In this document: positions 12,443 to 24,500 of the stretch, piece by piece
Numbering within the stretch: the first letter of the stretch is position 1
How the letters are laid out: each line of letters starts with the position of its first letter
DNA from: Rhina ancylostomus
Lineage: Eukaryota
NCBI GenBank assembly: GCA_030265395.1
Contig: JARFYF010000058.1
Location: 21,498,655-21,562,654 of the forward strand
DNA length: 64,000 nt
Reading direction: 5' to 3'
Notes under the pieces: model-generated
The model's input: the letters and a program-made list of their open reading frames with translations, nothing else
The model's database searches: none
What the model was told of the DNA's origin: nothing
Translations under genes and position numbers: made by a program

Positions 12443-12856
12443 GGGCCTGTACTCAATGGAGTTCAGAAGGATGAAGGGGATCTCATTGAAATCTATCAAA
12501 TACTGAAAGGTCTGGATGGAATGGATATGGAGAGGATGTTTCTATTAGTAGGAAAGTCGAAAATCGCAAGGACACAACTTCGGAAGGAAGGGATGTCCCT
12601 TTAGAACTGAGACGAGGAGGAATTTCTTCAGCCAAAAGATGGTGAATCTGTGGAATTTGCTGCCACAGACGGATGTGGAGGCCAAGTCATAAGGTGTAGT
12701 TGAGACAGATTGATAGGTTGTTGATTGGTAAGGGGGTTGAGGCTTATGGGGAGAAGGTGGGAGAATGGGGGTGAGAAAAATGTTAGTCATAATTGAATGA
12801 TGGAGCAGACTTGATGTGCCAGATAGCCTAATTTTACTCCTATGTCTTATGGTCTC
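12443..12856 (+). mobile_element. CR1 3' end
   Basis: GLYSMEFRRM, DLIEIYQILKGLD and FRTETRRNFFSQ; ends CTCCTATGTCTTATGGTCT. Confidence 0.92.
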
Positions 12857-14306
12857 ATCAACAAGCCAGTGCAAAAATGCTAATATATCCAGTTTTCAAA
12901 TAGCCTAGGCTCTATCAAACTTGCTTGTCCTTCAGAATTTGCTGTCTTCTATCCCTGTGGAAGTTTAGAATATAGATTCTACTAAATTTTCAAACAAACA
13001 ATATGATTTGTGAAAAAAATCGTGAAATGTTTCGGTTTAATGGATTGCAACAGTACAGGATTTCAATTTTAAAAAAACTAAAGCAAATGTTTTGGCACAA
13101 GCACACCTTCACAAGAATGAAGTGGCACAAATTAAACTTTTTAAACAATTGGATGTCTGTTGGAACTTCCATGTTTCATGGTCGAGTGATATTTGAAATA
13201 AAAATGACATTACTATGCAGATTGCAATTGACTTGAGTTGGCAACTTACCTCAAGTTTACTGCACTAAAGCAAGGCCAACATCAATGAACTGTAAAGAAT
13301 GGATTTTTGTTAAAAGGGTTATGTGCTACATTATCCTGTACTGTTGCTTAATTCTCCCTTTCTAATTCTCTCACTCCTGCTAACGAGTAACTTTAAGCAG
13401 ATACAAAACTAATTCACAAAAGAAGGCAACCTGTTATATATGCTGCTAACTGTTAAAATTTAGTTGATTTATAAATCCATAGAGACTGTATATCCCAATG
13501 GCAGCAAATCAATATGTGTGCTGAGTTTGGCACAAGTCAACATTTGCATGTTAACAAAACTCCAAGGCAGAGGTGTAAAATGCTGATTTCTGAGCCTTTT
13601 CACTGGCAGGTCTGCTGGTGTGAAATGCATGGTTAGCAGCTCTGTGGAAATGGCAACCATTAAAAGCTTCCTTTTTCCAAGCAAAGAAACAATAGAACTT
13701 GTACCATGGTTTTATGCACTTATAGATTCGCCAAAAGCTAGCAACTGCAACAATGGTCAAACCATCTGGGCTGTGTTGATTGGATTTTGTCAGCAATTTG
13801 TCCTTAGCTCAGTACATTCTAAACTCATCACTTCACTGGAGTGACAGGCACACAGCCAGAAAAATAATTGCATTAATATATTGGGCTTAATGTTCTTTTG
13901 ACATTTTGTTATTGCCATGTAAAAGCTGATTGCTAAATACTACCAATGTACAGTGCCATCAAATAAGATGCAATGTTGACTTTGTCACTTTTGGAACATT
14001 AATTTGTGCATTCGTGACCTAAGAGTAGTTCAGGTCAGTTGTACAAGAGCAGATCTTTTCACTGGAGATTTTGGGGCTTCTACTGCGTTGGCTAAAGGGG
14101 ACCATACTTTCTTCTATTCTAGTTTGGCAGTTCTAATTATTGAGTTACTGGGAAGCAGGTGATCTCTCCTTATTTTCAGGCTCCCAATTACTTGTCCAGC
14201 TCTTAAACTCCCTTTCCCTCAAAGTTGTCTTTTTCTTGATGACTATACCACCTTATGTGACTCTGGGTCCATCTCTTCCTTCTCAATCCTAAACAAAGTG
14301 GGATTG

Positions 14307-14521
14307 CTAGTAGAGGAGGATGTAAAGAGGCTTGAAAAGAACATGGACAAACGGAGTGAATGGATAAGAACATGACTGATGAACTATAATGTGGAAAAAT
14401 ATGATGTTGCTCACATGTACAGAACAGCAGATGTTAAAGGAAGGATTGAATAGTTCAAATGAACTGAGGTGTACTTGTAGGGTCAATTGCAGATACAGAA
14501 GGTCAATTTGCAGATACAGAA
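14307..14521 (+). mobile_element. CR1 RT C-terminal fragment
   Basis: EDVKRLEKNMDKRSEWIRT*LMNYNVEKYDV resembles LQ.DIDRL.EWA..WQMEYNV.KCEV. Confidence 0.7.
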
Positions 14522-15620
14522 AAAGGATGGGATGAAAAAGAGGAGGGGATGTTGCACTGCTGATCAGGAAGAGCAATTTGACAGTACTTAGGATATCCTG
14601 GAGGGATCGGTCAATGAGGCTATATGGGCAGAATTTAGGAATAAGAGAGGGGTGGTTCTTTTGATGGGGTAATACTTTAGGCCTCCCAATAGCCAGCAGG
14701 AATTGGAAGAACAGATATGGAGGCAGATTGTAGAAGGGTGTAAAAAGCAATAGGACAATAGTAAAAGCAAAAGTAGTCGTAGTAGTTGGGGACTTTAGCT
14801 TTGCTGATATTGACGGGGGTTGTTTAGTGCAAGGGGTTTAGATGGGGAGGGATTTATAAAATGCATTCAAGAGTTATTTCTGAAGCAGTATGTAGAAAGC
14901 CCAACTAAAGAGAGCTCTACTTGATCTTGGGGAATGAAGGCAGGCAAGTGATTGGAGGAGCCCTTTGGGAGTAGTGTCCACAGTGCAGTAAGCTTCAAGG
15001 TTCATGGAAAAAGTTAAAGTTGGTCCTCGAGTTAGGGAACGATGGATGTCAATAGTTTAAGACAGGACCTGAGAGAGGTGGACTGGGAGCAGTTGCTAGG
15101 GGGAGAAACAACATCTGATGAGCGGGAGGCATTTAAACGCAAGATAGTAAGAGTTCAGAGTCAGCAAGGGTAAGAGACAAAGATGGTAAGACAGATAAAT
15201 ACCCAGGCCAGATAGAATCTATCCCAGGATACTAAGAGACGCAAGGGAGGAGATTGCCGGGGCTCTGGAGATTTTTGGGTCTTCATTGGCCACAAGTGAG
15301 GTACAGAAGACTGGAGGACAGCTAATGTTGTCCCCTTGTTCAAAAAGGNNNNNNNNNNGTGTTGTTGTATAACAAGTTGTTGGAAAAGATTCTGAGGGAC
15401 AGGATTTGCATTCACTTGGAAAGGCAGGGACTGATTAGAAGGAGTCCACAAGGTTTTGTGAGGAGATCATGTCTCTCAAATCTGAGTTTTTGAGGAGGTA
15501 ACCAAGGAGATTGATGAAGGCAGGGCAGTAGATGTTGTCTATGTAGACTTTAGTAAGTCTTTTGATGAGGTTCCACATGATAGGTTGGTCCAGAAGATTA
15601 AGGCACAAGGTATTCGAGGC
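14522..15620 (+). mobile_element. CR1 ORF2: endonuclease to RT N-terminus, internally deleted
   Basis: KRGGDVALLI, YFRPPNS, VVVGDFSF, EDWRTANVVPLFKK and VDVVYVDFSKSFDEVPHDRLVQKIKAQGIRG. Confidence 0.92.
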
Positions 15621-15681
15621 ATATGGAACCCTCTTGTTATGCTGAGAAAGAATAGTTCAGTTAGATTCCTGGGTCAGGGCA

Positions 15682-16080
15682 AAAGACTTGCATTTATTGG
15701 CATTTCACTGCCTTCTGGAGATGTCCCAATGCATTTCAGTTTTGGATGAGTACTTTTGAAATGTAATTAGATTTTTCATGCAAATGCAGAAGCTGTTTTG
15801 TACCAGGTAATGAGAGATGAGTGACCTGTTGACCTGCTTTGAATTTTTTTTGAGAATCATAGAATACCCAGAGGACTCTCTACGTTTCTTTGCATCCTGT
15901 TAAGATATCTCCACGATCCTGCTTAACCTCTTGCTTTAACACTCATCTGAATGTGAATCCTATGGCCCCTTCAATACTCTTGTGTAATCCTATGTTTATG
16001 AGCGCACACGCTAAAGAGTGCAGCTTGAACCTGTGATGCCTGACTCCATGGGAAAACTAGATATGCTTAAGTCAAGCTGA
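15682..16080 (-). mobile_element. Old Deu-domain SINE (SacSINE1/AmnSINE1-like)
   Basis: GACTTGCATTTAT...GATGTCCCAATGCATTT...GAGTACTTTTGAAATGTA matches the reverse of the DeuSINE tail and body as recalled; similar to 28573-28850. Confidence 0.55.
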
Positions 16081-17921
16081 GCCCCAAAGCTAAGCAGCCA
16101 CACACTGGCAACTATTGATGCTAACTTATTGCGTAGCACTAATTCTTTGCATCTTTGCTATGATGTGCATGCTTACAGATAAGTTGAGGCTCATTTACAA
16201 TACTCTCCATCTAGGTACATTCACAGCTTGCATTTTATGTATCTATTCTTGTGGCTTATGTGGAATGGCGGCCACAGTTTTACAGTTAGCTGGTTGAGCC
16301 ACCCAATTATGATATTGGTAACAGTGTGCATCAGTGTGATGCCTCTATCTTTGTGGATCATGCATTATGTTTTATTGTTCTGTGGTTTGACCTGGATGAC
16401 CACTGTCATGCACCAGGGACCATTTGATTTTCTTTTTACCTCAAGCATTTTCATCTCTCANNNNNNNNNNNNNNNNNNNNNNNNNNNNNNNNNNNNNNNN
16501 NNNNNNNNNNNNNNNNNNNNNNNNNNNNNNNNNNNNNNNNNNNNNNNNNNNNNNNNNNNNTAGTTTGTGTGGATACAGTTTAGATTTTCTATGTGTTATT
16601 GAAGATCAAAGCCAGGAGCCCGCTGTGTAGGATCTATCACAATATGTTGTGATTTCTTGGAAAACTGGAGTCCCAAGCTACTTTAGGGTTAATGAAGGTA
16701 AAACACAAGCTCACAAGGGCTTTCATACTCAGTAATGAGAGGCACTGCTGATGTCTTGCTGACTGGGGCAACATTTGCTCTTAATCCTCGGGGTTGCTGC
16801 CTTGCAGTGAGTGAATGGAGCAATGATATGGGGCAGCAAAGGTAGCTGGAGTATTGAGGCTGATTTGGGAGTCTTACTGATGCATTCACCATTGTATCAT
16901 TAACTTATATATCAATACATCAAATATGACTGTTTCTAGTCCACAATGGTGTACGGTTTGCAGTTGTAGAGTATGTAGGAGTGTGTATTGATGTCCTTGA
17001 ATTGATGCAGGTAATATGAAGATTGATTAGAAATGGACACTAAAGAGTCATGGGAAGCTATGGAATTCACTGTAACAAGGAATAGCACCTGAATAGGATG
17101 GGAGGGGAGTGGTGTTTAGTAAAAACACTGTTCTTAAAAGATATTTGTATAATATACTTCTATAGCATCTAATCTAAGTGCATTATCTATAGCTAGACTT
17201 GGACATGTAGAGCTTGTGCTGTTCTTGTACCGGGATGGAAAAAAACAATTAAAATAAAAAAGATGCTGCTGTTTTTGTTCCCCTTCCAGCATCCTCACTG
17301 TGAACCAAGATGGATGATGAATGAAAATGTCACAGCCCCCTGAGGTGGGAAGTGCTGTTTCATGTCGTACTTTATTTGGTTCATATAGTTAGGATGTATT
17401 TTCTCTAAACGCAGCCACATACAGAGTAAATGAAATCCACAGGTTTGTGAAGTTATTTACTTTGGAAATGTTTGAAACCTATTAAAAATCATCCATTTTC
17501 AGATTTTCTGACACTTTCAAGGTCTGAGTATGGAAGGCTTAGTGTACCCTCATTTTATAAAAAAAAACTAATTTATGGTGCAGCTTTAAATAATATAGTT
17601 GCATTATGAAAAATACAATGTTTTGAGTTGTTGCTCTTAAAGTTGAAAGCTATCTGTGTATTGCAGTCTAAGTATTTTGTTCACTCCCTGTCCATATTAG
17701 ATACTCCTGGATCAGGTGCAAACTGCCCAATGTGATTTGGCTGCAGTGTCTCCTCCAGGTAATAATGTGACAGTTCTGGTTTCTTAACTGAATGCAGTTA
17801 CAGAGTCCTGGCCAATGAATGGCATTTTTATGCTTTATGGTCTTGTGCCCATAAGCAACTGAGTTAGTATTTTCCAAATTCATTTTAATTTTGAAGGGAA
17901 CCTTTTCTCAGATTTTCTCAT

Positions 17922-18193
17922 AAACTGGAGGTGGCCCATTGAGTTGTTGAGGCTCTCAAAGGATTCTTGTCACTCCTGTTCATCCCAGTAACTTTGTCTC
18001 ACCTGCCCAAACTGCTCCATCTGGATTCCCCTGACATCCACCTATATTATGGACAATTTACAGCAGCCAATTAGCCCACCGACTAGCATATCTTTGAAAT
18101 ATGGTGCACCTGGGGGACACCCAACTCCACACAGCGCCTGAGGTCAGGATTGAGCCAGGATTACTGGAGCTGTGTGGCAGCACTACTGTGCTG
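17922..18193 (-). mobile_element. V-SINE (HE1-like), degenerate
   Basis: CAACTCCACACAGCGCCTGAGGTCAGGATTGAGCCAGGATTACTGGAGCTGTG is the reverse of the tRNA head and V-domain start. Confidence 0.75.
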
Positions 18194-18741
18194 TTCTCCA
18201 CATCTTTAACCCATCCTTTTGAGATGGATTATATCCCAGACCCCAGAGGTGAACCGACAGTTTTTTCCAACACTGAACTATACATTCTCCATCAGCTTGT
18301 CTATTTTCAGCAGCTGGAGTTGAGAATATAATCAAACGTTGTACGATGCCTGCCAAGTACTGCAATCGATGAGATGTTTAATCCCAGGAGTTGAAAATGT
18401 GCCAGTTCTTCCCGGGATGCAGCTGTAATTGAAGATTGCATCCACTTAATTTCTTGCTTTTCATTTGAATTTTGGTAGTTTAAGTGCATATTGCAATCTC
18501 TCTATATTGCAGAGTTTAAATGGGCAGACCTTCAGAATTAGGTTGGGTCACTGGGAGGAACCCTCACAGAAATGAAACAAATGAACCACCTCAAGCAATG
18601 CTTTCTTTATATCCAATATGTAAGTTACCCACTTTTGCTGTTTGTCTTGAAGTCCCTGTGACATTGGGAGAAATCAAAGTTTGCAGCAAATTCTGTGTCA
18701 TTTTGTTTCCAACAACATTTATCAAATTTCAAACATCATTA

Positions 18742-18995
18742 GCCTTGCAGCTCCTTCGACCTGGTTTGATCCTGGCTTCCGTTCTGTCTACGTGGAGTTT
18801 GTACATTCTCTCTGTGACTGTGCGAGTTTCCTCCGAACGTTCCAGTTCCCTCCTTCATCCCAAAGATGTTCTGGTTGGTAGGTTAATTCGTTGGTGTATG
18901 TGAATAGTAGGAGCATTGGTGGGGGTGGGAGGTTGGTGGGCTTGTGAGGGAGAACAAGTTGCAGAGAAATAAGTTGGAGGGATGGGACTGGTGAA
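18742..18995 (+). mobile_element. V-SINE
   Basis: GACCTGGTTTGATCCTGG (B-box-like), then GTGGAGTTTGTACATTCTCTCTGTGACTGTGCGAGTTTCCTCCG...CATCCCAAAGATGT (V domain). Confidence 0.85.
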
Positions 18996-20611
18996 CTGGT
19001 CCAAGATAGGTCAAAAACCACTTCCTTTACAACATGCCCATTGCCACAAATGGTGCCCACATTCCCTTGCATTTTCTGATGTGAAGGGCAGAATGACTTG
19101 ACCCCCTGCACCAAAAAGGCAACTCACGGGGCAGGGTAGGAATCGTCCACAGAGATCCATTCCCAAAATGCTCTGATGCTTTCCAGGGCATTTGAACTGT
19201 TTTTAAATGTCTCAAACATTAAATACTGACAGCCAATTGAAAGGGAGTTTTTTAAAGGAACGCTAATCTTTCTCCACAGGATTGCCAAACCTGTTCATTC
19301 CTGTATCCGTCCCATGACTCGCCCTGCGCCCACTCCCCCACAGCACTATGGTGCTCTACCATTGGTGAGTCCCCTAGTGGACTGGGAGGTCTCTCATCCC
19401 CAGCTTGTTTCACACTGCCGCGTTTAGCCAAGCGTGCTCAGAACTGAAAAGTATGCTGAGCAGAGGACGTTACCCTTTTGAGCCATTGGCTCTTGGCATG
19501 GTTTTATCTAACTCTTCCCAATTAACTTGAGTTTAACTGCATTTGTTTATCCATATACATTTTGCCCTGTTGAGATTTCTGTTGATGTGACCAACAATAA
19601 TTGTCTGGATGTTGAACATACGAATCTCTCACACTAACAGTCATATATTCTTACCAAAACTATTCTTCTTGCCACTGCTTTGATAGCTCGATGGCAAGAG
19701 TAATCGGTCATCTTCTGAGTCTAAATCCCTCCTGTTATTGTCAAGATTCAGCACTTTTGTCAATTCTGATTCAGTCAATGTTTGATTAAGCTGATTAAAG
19801 TTTTTAGTACTTGAATATTTCCACTTCCAGAGAACCAATGTCATCCACTCTTGGCATCCTGAATGTTGTATAAGCATAATCTTAGGCACGGCATGCTGGA
19901 GTTGTGGAGCAAAAATGATGTGTCCTGATATCAGTATCAAGGAGCTAAATTGTCTCCCTGTATAAGAGGTGCCTTGAGATATTTCATAACATGCAGCAGC
20001 AGGAATTTGACAGCAGGCATGGTTCATACGATAGATACTAAAGAAGTTCCTAAAAGTGGGTGAAAAATTTGGAAGGTTGAAGTTTTTGTCAGGAGTTTGA
20101 GAGAAGAAGATAGAAGTGATTTTCCGGCACTAATTGATCTTGTTTTGGCTGCTTCTGCCCATCTGGAAGGTTAATGATATGGGGGTTTGTCCTGATGCTC
20201 TGGTCACCACACACCAGCTAGTCTTTTCTGAGCTGTTGTTCTCGTCCAATTTAATGTTTGTAGGTGAAGAACACCAAGAGGGGTAGGATGTACAGGAGGT
20301 CCAAGGACATCCGCAGGCTTTGATAAAACATTATTTATAGTCCTGGATAAGGTGGAAGATTTTGAATTAGGGTGCAAAGGATGTTGGTGAGAACAAGGAC
20401 GATGGGCAAATGGAACAAGCTGCTGACAGAAAGTGAGATGAGTTGCCGTGTGAGCAAGCAGTAATTGAAAAACAAAAAACTGCAATGCTTCCACCCCCCC
20501 CCCCACCGCAGNNNNNNNNNNNNNNNNNNNNNNNNNNNNNNNNNNNNNNNNNNNNNNNNNNNNNNNNNNNNNNNNNNNNNNNNNNNNNNNNNNNNNNNNN
20601 NNNNNNNNNNN

Positions 20612-21061
20612 GGTACTGTTGATCCTTCGCTTAAATTTGAGGAAGTTTGGAGTCCATTTATTCAATATTTCCATATGATATAAGCTGAACTTTTTCAGTT
20701 CCCTTTCAATAACCCTTGAAAACAGAGGAGCGGAGTTGACGACATAATAATGTTGTTTTTCATTTTGAAGAAATATCAGTCCAGTTTTTTGAAGTTTTTG
20801 TTTTTCTTCTGGTTTATTTTTTTTTGATTTGCGGTTTCTTTCATATAATTAAATTTCATTTCTTTTCAATCTTTCCTTTTATATTTGTTCATTTAATAAG
20901 AGAACGGGAGGTCTAGATTACTTTTGTTTTTACTCCTTGTGATTATATATATTAACTGTTATGATTGCTATCCTGATCTCATTACACCATATGTATAATT
21001 ACTAATGTTATATATATTTGTACTAATTTGAAAATTAATAAAAAGATTGAAAAAGAAAGAG
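20612..21061 (+). mobile_element. L1-clade LINE 3' end (ORF2 stop, T-rich 3' UTR, polyA signal)
   Basis: KFEEVWSPFIQYFHMI* (stop 20681-20683) resembles the fish L1 'F..IW.PF' end. AATAAA at 21037, then an A-rich tail. Confidence 0.75.
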
Positions 21062-21540
21062 ATCCTTATTAATGGATTCCAGCATTTTCCTAATGACAGA
21101 CATTAGGCTTACTGACCTATAGTTCCCTGCTTCTTCCACCTCTTGTTATATTTGTGGATTTTCAATTCTATGGCTTCTCTCCAGAATCCAGGGGATTTAG
21201 ATTACAACCAACACATCCATGATTTCTGCAGCCACTTGTGTGAAGGCCCTGAGTTATAGGCCATCAGGTCCAGGAGACTTGTCGGTCTTTAGCCTTTTAC
21301 TTTGCCTGGTAATTTTTCTCATGTGATAGAAATTGTTTTAAATTTCTCCCTTCCATAAGTCCTTTTCTCTATTATTACAGGATGTTTTTAATGTCTTCTA
21401 CCATGAAGACTGACCCAAGATAATTACAATATCTGCTATTTCTCAATTTCCCATTATTAATTCTCAAGTCTCATACCCCAAGGGACCAACATTTACCTTA
21501 GTTTTTTTTTCACAATCCTGTCAATATTCTTGTCTTTTTT
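21062..21540 (-). mobile_element. CR1 RT N-terminal fragment
   Basis: Reverse strand AGNYRSVSLMSVIRKMLESINKD and KSPGPDGL. Confidence 0.85.
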
Positions 21541-24500
21541 CTTTGTTACTTTACTGGAATACTAGATGTATTCCAGCATCATGCTCGATCCATTACAGTT
21601 TAAGCAATCCCAATGTTAGTGTGGGAAACAAATAATGAATCTGGGGGAAGAGCTGAATCGGCTGCTTTATGTCACAAAACCATCAATGATTTCTCTCCAC
21701 AAATCTCCAAAAGTGATCTTTCCCCCTTATGATTTAAAATGTAGCAATGTTATAACCCAGTAAGAGACTGTGACTGAAAATCTCTTGCTGGGTTATCATG
21801 TAGCTACATTTCAGAACAGCATTGTTAAAAATGTACTTATCCCTGAGTGATACCTGATGATAACCATTTTAGGCTCATTTTGCATTAGTCCAGAAATTCA
21901 GTGGAGTGTTTCCTAGTGTTAGTCTGAATCCCATATCGGACGCAGACTGTGATTCCATGTCCTGTGCATTTTGTAGCACTTGTGGAAATTTGACCACATC
22001 ACTCTAGGGAGTGGCCACTCCCAGAACAATGGATATTACTAGGGCCATGCTGGACTGGGATCATCACTTGCCTTCTGGTCCCATGGACCCCACATTCTAC
22101 CTCTGTGGCACTGGATGGACCATCCCATCCCTTGAGGTCTTGAGTCTGCATTCATCCCTCCCTTCGCTCGAGATACCAATTCGCCTGTTAACCAGAACCA
22201 CATCCCTCCTCCTACCCCCTCAAGCCCAGACTCTGATTGCTCGCCCCCTCTCCACTCTGACACCCTGTCTCAACTGCTGTGCCAGACAATGTATGTTCCT
22301 TTGTGTGCTTTACAGCACCCACAGGGAAAAGTGTATTACTGGTTCAAGAGTTTGCAGCAGCTGTCCCATGATCAAAACAATCATTGGGGTGCCATGCAAT
22401 GGCCATACAGTGTGCTTGTTTGATGGACCACATCTTCTAGGTCACTGCTTTCAGGCAAATCACTTTCTTCCTACCAAATGCTCAACTGCCCTCATAATCT
22501 TTGCATTCTCGCTGCAAAAAAATTATGGGAATTTGAATAGCATAATGGTAGCTAGTTGCAACAGTTGCTGCTAATGTGAACCTGATATGAGGTAAAGGGA
22601 AGGGGGTAAGTGGAAACTGCACATATAGAAGCAGTGATATATTCCCAAGGGCTCCTGTGGTATTCATAAAATATTGAAGCTTCATTCCAGAAGTTTTATG
22701 ATGTCATTCAAATCCCATGAGTCATTTACAACCTTCAAATTCATCAGCCATCTGTTATTCTCTATGTAACTTGTAAGTGCTTAACTGAAAGAAGAGTGAA
22801 GTATTTCAGAGTGAAGTGAATCAGGAGTGAAAAAATGCATAAAAGACGCATCTCAAGTGTATTTCCAATTCCTGAAAATTGTAACATATTTAATACCATG
22901 CTTGTATCTAACATTTTCAAGCCATGTCCCTATTTTAAATGATCTTGGGTGCACTAACAAGCAGCCAGACTGGGAATATTTCAGTGTTTCATATAGTTAA
23001 TGTAATGATGACTGAAGGCATCTCTGTCATCTAATGTCTATATTAACAGAGTATGAATGCTTGTTAGTGGCTGGGATCTTGTGACAATGTAAGGTAGCTT
23101 CCAAGAATTTATTTTAAAATTATGCATTTATTTTGTGGAAAAGTCCTGCTGTCATGATGGGACGCTGAGGAAATCAACTATTGATGTTACAAGTTATTCA
23201 GAAGGGCTAAAACGCTGTACTGCCTGGAGTGTAAATAATGGTGTGGATCTACCTAGTTTGTGATGAAAATGGCCCCGATCTTGCATTACAAATAAGGTAA
23301 CCTCTTCTAAGCTATAATAGTTTGAAATGAGATACAATTGTAGATGATTACAATATTATTTGAAAATTCTGCATCATGTTATGCTCTTCTCTTACATGTG
23401 CCTATAAGCTCACCAGTAGATATTATGTGTGTTCTGTGCATTCAATCTAGATGCAGGTTGTTCTGTGTACCAACTAATTTTATTGATTATTTCTATATAC
23501 AGTCATTAATGAATGGCTAGATACTCTGGGGGTTTAATTATTTAACAACAATAGTGCATTTTGGATCTTAGTGTATTTTTAACCCTCACCACTCACAACA
23601 CTAGAGGAGCAATGTTAAATTGGGGCTTCCTGTTGATTTTTAAATAACTTCTGAATGTAGCTAGTGCCTCTGGTACAGCTGAAGAACTGCAGTTCAAACT
23701 CCTCGGGATCTGGTACCTTTTGAAGTATGGATATATTCAGATAACAGAAACCAACCTGTAACAGGTTATAAAAATTAAATGTGATTATATGATACTGTGG
23801 TTTATATGTAAATATATAGTATATAAAGCAGCTAATATAAAAAAAATCACTTATTGTGGTAATCTGAGAGTTGGCGGTGTTTGAAAGCTAATAGTCTATA
23901 AACTTGGGATTCATTTCAGCAGAAATTGTAAATCCACAAACATTTGGATTTCAACTATTTTCAGACTATGGCTATTTGAACGGGACACTTTTGACTGTGT
24001 TGTTTATTGGCTCTGCGCCTCAGTGGGCAACCAGCATTCTGAGCAACTAAATGCTGCTTAAAGGCAGCCAGCAGCTTTTCAAAGAGTATTGGGCTTTGTC
24101 GGCAGGGAGTGGCTCTTTGAAAAATGTATCTGGTGTGTGACATGAATGGGTAAAAGAGTGCTTGCTAATGTTTTCTGTCAAAACTTTGGAGGAAAAATTG
24201 AGGAGAAGGTAAAGGGCTGAGGTCAATGCCAAAGATTTTGAGTTGCTTGTGGGATGAGCTGTTGATACTTTCACAAGATTACAGCTCATCCAGCGCTTTT
24301 GTACTTGCAGTCCTGCCTCAGTATTATTAATCATCCTACACTAATCATTGCATCAAGTATACACAGGTTAAAATAGAAATATTGCAACTCACCTGCCTGT
24401 GCACCTGATTAGTTATTTAAGATTAGGTTTAAAACATTAGACATACACAAAGGTGTGTTTAAGAAGATGTGGTTTTCAGAATTGAAAGTACCACATTGAA

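Noticed and set aside
14307-14750. 147-aa hydrophobic minus-strand ORF
   Set aside because: Antisense frame of CR1 sequence.
17290-17344. Acceptor CCCTTCCAG with possible exon ending MKMSQPPE
   Set aside because: Weak donor (GTGGGA), stops upstream in all frames, no homology recognised.
22011-22574. 187-aa ORF, the longest gap-free one
   Set aside because: GTG start, no recognisable domain, no convincing splice signals; consistent with chance.
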